The notes beneath the pieces are model-generated. The model saw only the letters and a list, made by a program, of their open reading frames with translations. It did not search any database and had not been told where the DNA came from. Shown piece after piece: positions 17,716-25,690 of a stretch of DNA of 63,136 nucleotides; within the stretch, counting starts at the first letter, position 1; each line of letters begins with the position of its first letter. Origin of the DNA: Candidatus Levyibacteriota bacterium (GTDB lineage Bacteria > Patescibacteriota > Microgenomatia > Levybacterales > UBA12049); contig JBBSGK010000005.1 of assembly GCA_038254115.1 (NCBI GenBank), positions 1-63,136 of the forward strand, in the 5' to 3' direction. Both the position numbers and the translations under genes were made by a program.

Positions 17716-18252
17716 ATGCAAAAGTCAAAATCAAAGTTTATAGCCCAAAGCTTAATCAGCCCCTTGTTAATAATCTATCTTGCTGTTGTTTTGCGGCTTC
17801 TGCCACATCCTCCAAATGTCGCCCCGATTGCCGCAATAGCATTATTTGGCGGTGCTTATCTTAATAAAAAATATGCATTGATCGTCCCGATTGTTGCGAT
17901 GTTTATTTCTGATTTGTTTCTGGGATTTCATGAAAGTGTATTTATGGTATATTTTAGTTTTTTAATTATTGGATTAATCGGAATTTGGCTTTCCAAACAC
18001 AAAAATCCAATCCTAGTTGTATCCGCTACTTTGTTTTCTTCTCTATTATTTTTCATTCTTACCAATTTTAATTACTGGTATGCGACTACTCTATACCCCA
18101 AAACTTTTAGCGGTTTGCTTGCGTCTTATTGGTATGCCCTGCCGTTTTTTAGAAATTCTATAATTGGAGATTTACTATATGTTGGCCTATTTTTTGGGTC
18201 ATATGAGTTAGCGGTTAGACTTATGAAAAAACCTGCTGCCGCAAGGAGCTAA
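17716..18252 (+). CDS. Polytopic membrane protein, DUF6580-like putative (cobalamin?) transporter
   Basis: 178 aa with ~5 TM helices. The N-terminal LRLLPHPPNVAPIAAIALFGGAYL matches what I recall of the DUF6580 putative transport family. Its operon context is B12-related. Confidence 0.55.
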   Translation: MQKSKSKFIAQSLISPLLIIYLAVVLRLLPHPPNVAPIAAIALFGGAYLNKKYALIVPIVAMFISDLFLGFHESVFMVYFSFLIIGLIGIWLSKHKNPILVVSATLFSSLLFFILTNFNYWYATTLYPKTFSGLLASYWYALPFFRNSIIGDLLYVGLFFGSYELAVRLMKKPAAARS

Positions 18253-18257
18253 AATAT

Positions 18258-18797
18258 ATGCCGATTTACACAAGAACAGGAGACAAAGGATCCACATCTC
18301 TTTTTGACAAAACAAGGGTTCTTAAATCAAGCGCCAGAGTCGAAACTTACGGAACAATTGACGAGCTGAACAGTTTAATTGGAGCTGTAGTTGCTCATCT
18401 GGAAAATGATTCGGATTTTGTAAAAGAAGAACTTGAAAAAATACAAAACGATCTTTTGGAGATCGGATCAGCGCTTGCCAATCCAAAAGCGCTACCTATA
18501 AAAGGACTTAGTAAAAGGCCAACAGACTTTGAAAAGTTAATAGATAAAATGACCGATAAGCTGCCGGAGCTTAAGAATTTTATTCTTCCAGGAGGCAGCA
18601 AAGCAGGGGCTCTTCTACATGTTGCAAGGACGACGGCACGAAAAGCTGAGCGGAGAATTGTTGCTCTTATACAATCGGAGAATGTTGATAGCGATATCGT
18701 AATTTACGTAAATAGACTTTCGGATTTGTTATTCACAATGAGCAGATTTGTAAATCAAGCGGAAAATAAAAAAGAGATTAAGTGGACAAAAAAGTAA
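18258..18797 (+). CDS. pduO: PduO-type ATP:cob(I)alamin adenosyltransferase
   Basis: MPIYTRTGDKGSTSLF N-terminus and the PduO-type helical bundle. 179 aa. Confidence 0.9.
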   Translation: MPIYTRTGDKGSTSLFDKTRVLKSSARVETYGTIDELNSLIGAVVAHLENDSDFVKEELEKIQNDLLEIGSALANPKALPIKGLSKRPTDFEKLIDKMTDKLPELKNFILPGGSKAGALLHVARTTARKAERRIVALIQSENVDSDIVIYVNRLSDLLFTMSRFVNQAENKKEIKWTKK

Positions 18798-18801
18798 AGA
18801 G

Positions 18802-18934
18802 AGGGTGAACCAAGTGAAATTCTTGGGCTATGCCGTAACTGTAATACCGGTTTGACCGGGTAAGCCAGATCCCTAAAAACCTTCCGAGCAGAAGTAGTTT
18901 TGTAAATTACTCCTCGGAATTGAGGAGTTTTTTT
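18802..18934 (+). promoter_or_regulatory. Cobalamin riboswitch 2 (aptamer 18802-18874 plus antiterminator/terminator)
   Basis: AGGGTGAAccaaGTGAAAttcttggGCtatGCCgtAACTGTAA...TAAGCCAGATCCCT, with P1 formed by AGGG/CCCT. TTCCGAG (18882-88) is complementary to CTCGGAA (18913-19). The terminator is ACTCCTC-ggaatt-GAGGAGT (18909-28) plus T6. Confidence 0.75.
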
Positions 18935-20236
18935 ATGACAAATTCTGAAGGAGAACCAAGGAGACTTAATACAAGACCATTTAATGTTGTGCGGGATGGT
19001 TTAGTTCCGTCTTCCAGGCTGATAGTGCAGGAAACTCAAACCCAGCGGGATCTTGGGGAAATAGGGATTTTGCAGGCACAGTTTGATCAAGCATTAGGAC
19101 GAAAATACGACAGAGAAGACCTACTCAGTCGCTCGTATAATCCGGTAATAGACCGCTGGCGGATTGATAGTTTACGTGGGGAAAAGGATAAAAAAGGAGA
19201 GAAGGCATATGTTGCAGAAATCCGCACAAATCTAAAAACCAATTTGAAAGAAAGGCTTGGGGTTGGCGACAACGTTATTTATTACCGCATTGATGGAGAA
19301 GATTTGTATTCTGAAGATTTTCCAAAAGAACCTTTTAGTCATGTTTTGAAACGGGGAGCTGAATACCGCTTGCAACATGGAACTTCGGAAGCGGAGAGAG
19401 AAGGGATTCATGGGGAAAGGGGTGGATTTGAAATAATTCGTGCAAAATTTACAGATCCCGGTACTCCGGTTGGGACCAAGATGATATCTTTTTCGCCCAA
19501 AGGACTTGTTGAGGATAGTCCTTATGAAAAAAGTATCGTTGATGAATACGAGTTGGTTGAGGGAATGTCGGGAAGAGTTGTAAAACTTACCAGGAGAATG
19601 GTTAATTTTGATGAAGCCGACTATTTATCAGCTGCTCAGAGCCTGGATCCTAAATTTTTTGAGGATTATGACGGACGGCCACTTGATGCGTGGATGCTAT
19701 CTCATCCGGTTGAAGGTTTTATACCAAATATTGAGGAAAGGCAAAAAGGTATCTCATCTAAAACTTTTGAAAAGATGTATGATAGCGAAATGCTGCAGAG
19801 GATTATTGATAGTTATATAGAAGGTATTCAAGAGCAAAAACCTGATTGGGGAAAAATAGCAATTAATTTTAACGCTATTTATAATCAAATGGATGAAGAA
19901 GAGAAAATGGTACTGGGAAAAGCAAAAAAGAACTATTCTGTTTATGTTTCTCCGGAATCTGTTCAAGATACAATAAGATTGCTGGGCCGTATGAATCCGG
20001 AAAAACGTGGTGGCGGTGGATGCCCACCGAGTAAGGGGTTTGATGTGGCAAGCAATGGATCATCATTTTTGTTGGGGGGCAGTGTTGCCAGTTTTGTCTC
20101 CGGCGCCGGTGGTTTGTCTGCCTCAGATGAAAAAGGTTCGCTTACGTTTCAGTGCAACAATGGACATTGGAATACAAGACCTGTGGGAAAACTTATTGCT
20201 AATTGTATGAGTTGCGGTGATAGTGTAAAGTGCTGA
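18935..20236 (+). CDS. Orphan 433-aa protein gated by cobalamin riboswitch 2 (C-terminal GGGGC motif, Gly/Ser stretch and Cys-knuckle)
   Basis: I chose the ATG at 18935 immediately after the terminator T-run; the tracked TTG start at 18920 lies inside the hairpin. No family recognised. The C-terminus reads ...KRGGGGCPPSKG...FQCNNGHWNTRPVGKLIANCMSCGDSVKC. Confidence 0.6.
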   Translation: MTNSEGEPRRLNTRPFNVVRDGLVPSSRLIVQETQTQRDLGEIGILQAQFDQALGRKYDREDLLSRSYNPVIDRWRIDSLRGEKDKKGEKAYVAEIRTNLKTNLKERLGVGDNVIYYRIDGEDLYSEDFPKEPFSHVLKRGAEYRLQHGTSEAEREGIHGERGGFEIIRAKFTDPGTPVGTKMISFSPKGLVEDSPYEKSIVDEYELVEGMSGRVVKLTRRMVNFDEADYLSAAQSLDPKFFEDYDGRPLDAWMLSHPVEGFIPNIEERQKGISSKTFEKMYDSEMLQRIIDSYIEGIQEQKPDWGKIAINFNAIYNQMDEEEKMVLGKAKKNYSVYVSPESVQDTIRLLGRMNPEKRGGGGCPPSKGFDVASNGSSFLLGGSVASFVSGAGGLSASDEKGSLTFQCNNGHWNTRPVGKLIANCMSCGDSVKC

Positions 20237-20238
20237 TT

Positions 20239-20385
20239 ATGGATATTCAGGATAAACAAAATTGCGAAGTTTGTTACAAAATAATTTGTAAAGGCTGCGG
20301 GTGGGAGGCAAATGATGGGGAAGTTTTATTAATTCAAAAAGAAGAACTAACCGCCTGCCCCATCTGCGGGTGGAAGCCAAAATAG
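20239..20385 (+). CDS. 48-aa zinc-ribbon protein (three CxxC pairs), not in the ORF track
   Basis: My translation is MDIQDKQNCEVCYKIICKGCGWEANDGEVLLIQKEELTACPICGWKPK*. It starts 3 nt after the upstream stop. Confidence 0.45.
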   Translation: MDIQDKQNCEVCYKIICKGCGWEANDGEVLLIQKEELTACPICGWKPK

Positions 20386-20428
20386 AAGAATCATTATTAG
20401 GGTTTTTATAAAATGATATAATTTTTGT

Positions 20429-21205
20429 ATGTCCGAGATGTCAGAAGGTGAACCGCAGGGAGTAGATATCCCGATAATCCATCCAGACGAACTAAGCAGA
20501 AGGCTTGAAGACAAAAGATTTTCAGACCGTATTGCAGCAGTTACAACAACGTCTATTGATGCGGTTCTTAGATTGCTTGCCGATCCTAGCCGAGACTTTC
20601 CAGTAAATGAAACAGGTTACGTAAATCTTGATTTAGCCGATGAAGTGCACGATGAGCTTTCTGGAAGAAATAGGCCGGATAAAATTACGTTGGCTAAAAC
20701 ACTCACAGATAATGATGAATCATATGGGAAAATACAAGCTGCAATGGGACTTTTAAAAGAGAAAGGAGCATCACCGGAAAAAATAAAAACTCTTACAGAA
20801 ACGGGTGAATTTGAATGGTTTACAGAAATGGCGCTAGCTGATTTCCCTAACACTGAAATTGATAAAAAATTGTCTAATTATAAAGAGATTTCATTTTATT
20901 TACATCAGGTATGGAAGAAGACAATGCCTTTAAATTCTCAGTACATGCAGGATGGCGAGAGGGCTTTAAGAGATATTTTTCCAAGAGCAAGAGACGTCAC
21001 AGGGTATTTGAAGAATTTAAGAGGAAGAGGTGGGGTACAAGTTATCTTGGGAGACAGGGCAAGATTCATGAATTTTGTAGAAACTCAGGATTCTAAACTC
21101 ATTGACACTTCAGGGTTAAGTTTATATGGGGATATACCGAGAAATTTAATTATTGGTGTTGTTCCCAGAGGGGAATTTGAGCAGAGAAAACTTTCAGCAG
21201 CTTAA
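20429..21205 (+). CDS. Hypothetical 258-aa acidic protein
   Basis: ORF only. An extended -10 (TGATATAAT, 20414-20422) ends exactly 6 nt before the ATG, so the mRNA is probably leaderless. Confidence 0.55.
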   Translation: MSEMSEGEPQGVDIPIIHPDELSRRLEDKRFSDRIAAVTTTSIDAVLRLLADPSRDFPVNETGYVNLDLADEVHDELSGRNRPDKITLAKTLTDNDESYGKIQAAMGLLKEKGASPEKIKTLTETGEFEWFTEMALADFPNTEIDKKLSNYKEISFYLHQVWKKTMPLNSQYMQDGERALRDIFPRARDVTGYLKNLRGRGGVQVILGDRARFMNFVETQDSKLIDTSGLSLYGDIPRNLIIGVVPRGEFEQRKLSAA

Positions 21206-21278
21206 TTTTGTATTTTTGTAACTATTCTGTCAGGATTTTTTGATTGCCTCTTGAAGCGTTGCGTGATAAGATTATTTT

Positions 21279-21887
21279 ATGGATAATAGCGCTAAGGCTC
21301 AGCAGAATCCCGAGATGCAGCCGCTTGCCCAAGTACCTGTTCCAGTTGCGCAAAACCCTGCGCCTCCGCCTGTACCTCAGCCTGAATCAGCTCAGACTTC
21401 AGGGAATACCCCGGCTATAGAAGATGATTCTTCGGGAGTAACGACCCAGCAAACGGTTGTACCCAACAGAGGAGGAATTCCTATTGCTCCCGTTTCCCGC
21501 CCGGTTGTACCCGCCCAGCCTGAAAGTTCGCCAGCACGTAAGGAGCAGGGGCCTGCTACTTCAGCTGCTACTTCCACCCCTGATATTCAGACAACAGATG
21601 AGGAAGAGATACGAAAAGACGAGAAAGAGATTGAGGCAATGCTTGAAAAAAGTCCGGATACTGAAAAACCAAAGATCCCTGAGGAAGTCAAAGCTGCTGG
21701 TGTAGAACATGCCAAAGAAGACACCCCCATGCCGGAATTGCCTACAGATAAAAAAGGAATGCCTATGGACTTTGATAAAGCTCTTATTACCCGAAAAACA
21801 TACAAATGGATGGATTCAATTGCCTGGTTGGCAACCCTTGTAATGTATCAAATAAAAAAGATGAATTTTAAACCAAAGGATAAATAA
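21279..21887 (+). CDS. Pro/Gln/Ala-rich protein with a C-terminal TM helix
   Basis: 202 aa. The first ~100 aa are low-complexity (PVPVAQNPAPPPVPQPE...), and the C-terminus carries the SIAWLATLVMYQI helix. It ends 2 nt before the ATPase gene. Confidence 0.55.
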   Translation: MDNSAKAQQNPEMQPLAQVPVPVAQNPAPPPVPQPESAQTSGNTPAIEDDSSGVTTQQTVVPNRGGIPIAPVSRPVVPAQPESSPARKEQGPATSAATSTPDIQTTDEEEIRKDEKEIEAMLEKSPDTEKPKIPEEVKAAGVEHAKEDTPMPELPTDKKGMPMDFDKALITRKTYKWMDSIAWLATLVMYQIKKMNFKPKDK

Positions 21888-21889
21888 TT

Positions 21890-24280
21890 ATGCAATTGCC
21901 GGCTTTTCAAGACACGACAGCGCTTTTTTCAACGGTTCTTATAACAGTTCTTATTATAGTAGGAGTTGCCGGTTTTGGAATTTTATCCTTTTACTTTTTT
22001 ATGATGTGGCTCCGCAATAAATCGCGGGAATCAATAGCCCTTAACTCAACTCTTCTTCAGATAACAGTTCCAAGGGATAATGAGATAAAAGTGGATGCAG
22101 CTGAGCAGCTATTTGCGGCCTTATCGGCTCTGAGAAAGACTTACCAGAATGATAAGTTATCATTTTTCAAGCCTCAGCCTCATATCTCTTTTGAAATCGT
22201 AGGATTGCCAGGAGACATCAGATTTTATGTACATGTTCCAAACAACTACCGGGATTTTGTAGAGAAACAGATTAACGGTTCTTATCCTGACGCTGAGATT
22301 GTACCCGTTACTGATGTGACCGCAAAGCAGAAAGCCGGAAATGTTGTCGGATCAGAGTACAATATTTTTTCAAAAGATGGGAAAGTGGCATTTGCTTCCA
22401 TGAATCTTAAAAACGCGAATCACATGCCGATTAGAGTTTATAAGGATTTGCCTATTGATTCACTATCATTTATAACCTCGGCACTTGCCAAAATGGGAGA
22501 GGGAGAGGGCGCAGCAATACAAATTGTCATAAGGCCAGCCAATGATAAATGGAAAAAAGCAGGACGAAATTTCATAGGTTATACCAAGAAAAATGAGGCA
22601 AATCCCGAAAAAGCTAGTTATAAATCAGATGCCAAAGAGCTTGAGGCAATAGAGAACAAAATTCAAAAACAAGGGTTTGATACAATTGTCCGGGTGGTTG
22701 TTTCAGCCAAATCTTATGATATTGCAAAAGCACATGTTGATAACATAAAGGGAGCTTTCAGCCAATTTACTCTTCACAATTATTTTTCAAAAAATAAGAA
22801 TTACATTAAGGGTTGGTTCATGAATGATTTTATTTACCGCTATTTTCCGATGTGGGGCGGGACATCTGTTCTATCAAGCGAAGAATTGGCAACTGTTTTT
22901 CATTTTCCAAATAAAAGTGTCTATACAACTCCTGGAATTCATTGGTTGACTGCAAAAAGAGCCCCCGCTCCCTCCAATTTGGCAACAAGTGGCCTTTATA
23001 TGGGAAAGAGTAGTTATCGCGGAATAACACGGCCTGTCTATATAGAACGCGAAGATAGACGGAGGCATACATACATTATCGGTAAGACTGGTACTGGTAA
23101 AACCGAAATGCTAAAAACCATGATCATGCAGGACATAAATAATGGTGAAGGGTTGGCGGTTATTGATCCCCACGGAGATTTAGTTGAGGATATTCTCCGT
23201 ATGATTCCACCCAAAAGAGCTGAGGAGGTAATTCTTTTTGATCCATCCGATACAGACCGCCCGATGGGTTTTAACATGCTTGAGGCGTCAACTGAACAGC
23301 AGAAGCATTTTGTTGTTAACTCGATAATCGGGCTTATGTATAAGCTTTTTGACCCGAACAAAACCGGTATTATCGGTCCGCGTTTTGAACACGCTATCAG
23401 AAATGCTATGTTAACCGTTATGTATGAAGAAGGCAGTACATTTATTGAAGTTGTGCGTGTTTTGACGGACCAGGCATTTGTTCAGGAGCTTTTGCCCAAG
23501 GTTCAGGATCCGATTATCAGGCGTTACTGGACTGATCAGATTGCACAGACTTCGGACTTTCACAAGTCAGAAGTTTTGGATTATATTACATCCAAATTCG
23601 GACGTTTTGTTACCAACAAAATGATTAGAAATATTATCGGTCAATCAAAAAGCTCATTTGATTTCAGAAAAGTTATGGATGAGGGAAAAATTCTCTTAAT
23701 TAATCTTTCAAAAGGAAAAATTGGAGAGGAAAACGCCAACTTTTTGGGATTGGTTTTGGTTCCCAAAATTTTGGTCGCCGCTATGAGTAGGCAGGATATT
23801 CCCAATCAGGAAGACAGACGCGACTTCTTCCTTTATGTTGATGAGTTTCAGAATTTTGCGACACCCGATTTTGCCCAGATTCTTTCTGAGGCACGTAAAT
23901 ACCGGCTAAATCTTATCGTTGCGAACCAGTTTATTGGTCAGATGGAGGAGGAGATTAAAAACGCTATTTTTGGAAATGTCGGAACAATTGCCTCTTTCCG
24001 CGTTGGTGTAACTGATGCTAATTATCTTCAGCATGAATTTCAGCCTTTATTTAATGAAAACGATCTTATAAATGTGGATAAATACAACGCATATATGAGA
24101 ACTATTGTCGGAGGAGAACCTGTTGCGCCGTTTTCACTAGATACAACAAAAGACGTTTCAAAAGAAAAAGAGCTTCAAAATGACCGCGTTGCGGAGCTGG
24201 TCCGTGAACTATCCAGGCTTAAATTCGGAAAAGGTCAGGAGATGATCGAAACAGAAATCGCACAACGTGCAAGATTGTAA
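21890..24280 (+). CDS. TraD/VirD4/TraG-like (type IV coupling protein-like) membrane-anchored P-loop ATPase
   Basis: 796 aa with an N-terminal TM helix. Walker A is IIGKTGTGKT and Walker B-like is FFLYVDEFQNF. The architecture is HerA/T4CP-like. Confidence 0.8.
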   Translation: MQLPAFQDTTALFSTVLITVLIIVGVAGFGILSFYFFMMWLRNKSRESIALNSTLLQITVPRDNEIKVDAAEQLFAALSALRKTYQNDKLSFFKPQPHISFEIVGLPGDIRFYVHVPNNYRDFVEKQINGSYPDAEIVPVTDVTAKQKAGNVVGSEYNIFSKDGKVAFASMNLKNANHMPIRVYKDLPIDSLSFITSALAKMGEGEGAAIQIVIRPANDKWKKAGRNFIGYTKKNEANPEKASYKSDAKELEAIENKIQKQGFDTIVRVVVSAKSYDIAKAHVDNIKGAFSQFTLHNYFSKNKNYIKGWFMNDFIYRYFPMWGGTSVLSSEELATVFHFPNKSVYTTPGIHWLTAKRAPAPSNLATSGLYMGKSSYRGITRPVYIEREDRRRHTYIIGKTGTGKTEMLKTMIMQDINNGEGLAVIDPHGDLVEDILRMIPPKRAEEVILFDPSDTDRPMGFNMLEASTEQQKHFVVNSIIGLMYKLFDPNKTGIIGPRFEHAIRNAMLTVMYEEGSTFIEVVRVLTDQAFVQELLPKVQDPIIRRYWTDQIAQTSDFHKSEVLDYITSKFGRFVTNKMIRNIIGQSKSSFDFRKVMDEGKILLINLSKGKIGEENANFLGLVLVPKILVAAMSRQDIPNQEDRRDFFLYVDEFQNFATPDFAQILSEARKYRLNLIVANQFIGQMEEEIKNAIFGNVGTIASFRVGVTDANYLQHEFQPLFNENDLINVDKYNAYMRTIVGGEPVAPFSLDTTKDVSKEKELQNDRVAELVRELSRLKFGKGQEMIETEIAQRARL

Positions 24281-24321
24281 ACTTCAATTAATTCTCCATT
24301 TCTGCTACAATCTTGAAACTA

Positions 24322-24394
24322 GCGTCCGTAGTTCAGTGGCTAGAACAGTTGTCTTATACACAACATGTCGGAGGTTCGAGTCCTCCCGGACGCA
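24322..24394 (+). tRNA. tRNA-Ile, anticodon UAU
   Basis: Hand-folded 73-nt cloverleaf: acceptor GCGTCCG/CGGACGC, D arm GTTC-AGTGGCTA-GAAC, anticodon arm GTTGT-CTTATAC-ACAAC, T arm GGAGG-TTCGAGT-CCTCC. No CCA is encoded. Confidence 0.85.
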
Positions 24395-24430
24395 CACTTA
24401 GGTAAACTCAACGCAGGCCCAATTTGAATC

Positions 24431-24982
24431 ATGAAAATTCCACAAAGCGCAAAGCTAGCTTTTAAAGGTAAAATTTTTGATGTCTATCAATGGGAGCAAA
24501 AGCTTTACGACGGATCATTTGCAACTTTTGAAGCATTAAAAAGACCTGGCACTATCCAGATTATCCCAACTAGAGGAGACAAAGTTTTACTTTCCTATGA
24601 GGAGCAACCATCCAAGCCACTGGGTTTTACCTTCCTAGGTGGACGATCTGAAGAGGGAGAAGAGCCACTGGTTACTGCCAAGAGAGAACTTCTTGAAGAG
24701 ACGGGTATGGAATCAAGCGATTGGGAGCTACTTAAATTTTATGAAAATCAGGGAAAGATTGAGTGGAATACTTATTTGTTTGCCGCTCGGAACTGTAAAA
24801 AAGTGGCAGAACCTAATCTGGACCCCGGGGAAAAAATTGAGATAAAAAAAGTAAGTTTTGATGAATTCTTGGACATTGTATCAGGTGAAAAATTCTGGGG
24901 ACGTGATATAGCAAATGATATTTTAAGGATGAGACTCGACCCCAAAAAACTCGAGGAGTTTAAGAAGAAATTATTCCCCTAA
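24431..24982 (+). CDS. NUDIX hydrolase
   Basis: The Nudix box GGRSEEGEEPLVTAKRELLEETG is present. 183 aa. Confidence 0.85.
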   Translation: MKIPQSAKLAFKGKIFDVYQWEQKLYDGSFATFEALKRPGTIQIIPTRGDKVLLSYEEQPSKPLGFTFLGGRSEEGEEPLVTAKRELLEETGMESSDWELLKFYENQGKIEWNTYLFAARNCKKVAEPNLDPGEKIEIKKVSFDEFLDIVSGEKFWGRDIANDILRMRLDPKKLEEFKKKLFP

Positions 24983-25000
24983 AATACCACCCCCGATAAC

Positions 25001-25029
25001 TTGCATTTTGTGGCTAAAAGTTTTAGAAT
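25001..25029 (+). promoter_or_regulatory. Promoter TTGCAT-17-TAGAAT, 6 nt upstream of the ATG (leaderless architecture)
   Basis: Read directly from the sequence. There is no SD between the -10 and the ATG at 25036. Confidence 0.5.
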
Positions 25030-25035
25030 CCGATC

Positions 25036-25686
25036 ATGCGTTTTGAAGTTCATTCGCCACCTATGGAAAAGCTTGGACCAATTAAGCCAAGTCTTATGGG
25101 TCAAATGGCTTCTGTGGCAGAAGAAGTAGTAAGAAAACCCCGACATCAAGAGCCTGGTCGGGCGAGTTGGCGTACTCATGTAGGTGTTGACCCGGATGGT
25201 GGAATGCTAGAGGAGTTTGCCGTTCTTGTAGGAGAAAGGTATTTGGGTAGAGCCCCTAGGAGAGGGGCTGTTGCAACATTATCGGTAGTTACAGATCCAG
25301 ATCTTTTTAGAACAGCCACCCGTGCCAGGAAAATTGCTTTTTATTGGCACCAAGACGTGCTTTTTGACGAAAATAATTTTTTTAAGCGCAAAGAAGGACC
25401 AGTTTTAAATATTGCACATGGAGTAGGCACTCATAGTGCAGAGGGACATCTTATTTTTGATCGCGCTGTGCAAGTAGAGCCAAATATAAGTAAAAAAGAT
25501 GCACTCGCTGCGGGGGAAACAGTCATTGGGGCTGATGGTGTATTATTTATGTCCCAAGTTGATCCAAGTGGCGGAACCATTTTTCAAACAGAACCTGGAG
25601 TATATTATGTTGGTAATAATGTACATAAAGCTGCTGCTTCATCACCTAAGGGTAGGATATTTTATCAGATGGACGCTTGGGAATAA
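25036..25686 (+). CDS. Hypothetical 216-aa protein (orphan; Arg/Gly/Val-rich, visibly GC-richer than neighbours)
   Basis: ORF plus its own promoter. No family recognised. Confidence 0.5.
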   Translation: MRFEVHSPPMEKLGPIKPSLMGQMASVAEEVVRKPRHQEPGRASWRTHVGVDPDGGMLEEFAVLVGERYLGRAPRRGAVATLSVVTDPDLFRTATRARKIAFYWHQDVLFDENNFFKRKEGPVLNIAHGVGTHSAEGHLIFDRAVQVEPNISKKDALAAGETVIGADGVLFMSQVDPSGGTIFQTEPGVYYVGNNVHKAAASSPKGRIFYQMDAWE

Positions 25687-25690
25687 ATGC

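Noticed and set aside
18920-18934. TTG start of the tracked 438-aa ORF
   Set aside because: It lies inside the riboswitch terminator hairpin. The ATG at 18935 immediately after the T-run is the more plausible start.
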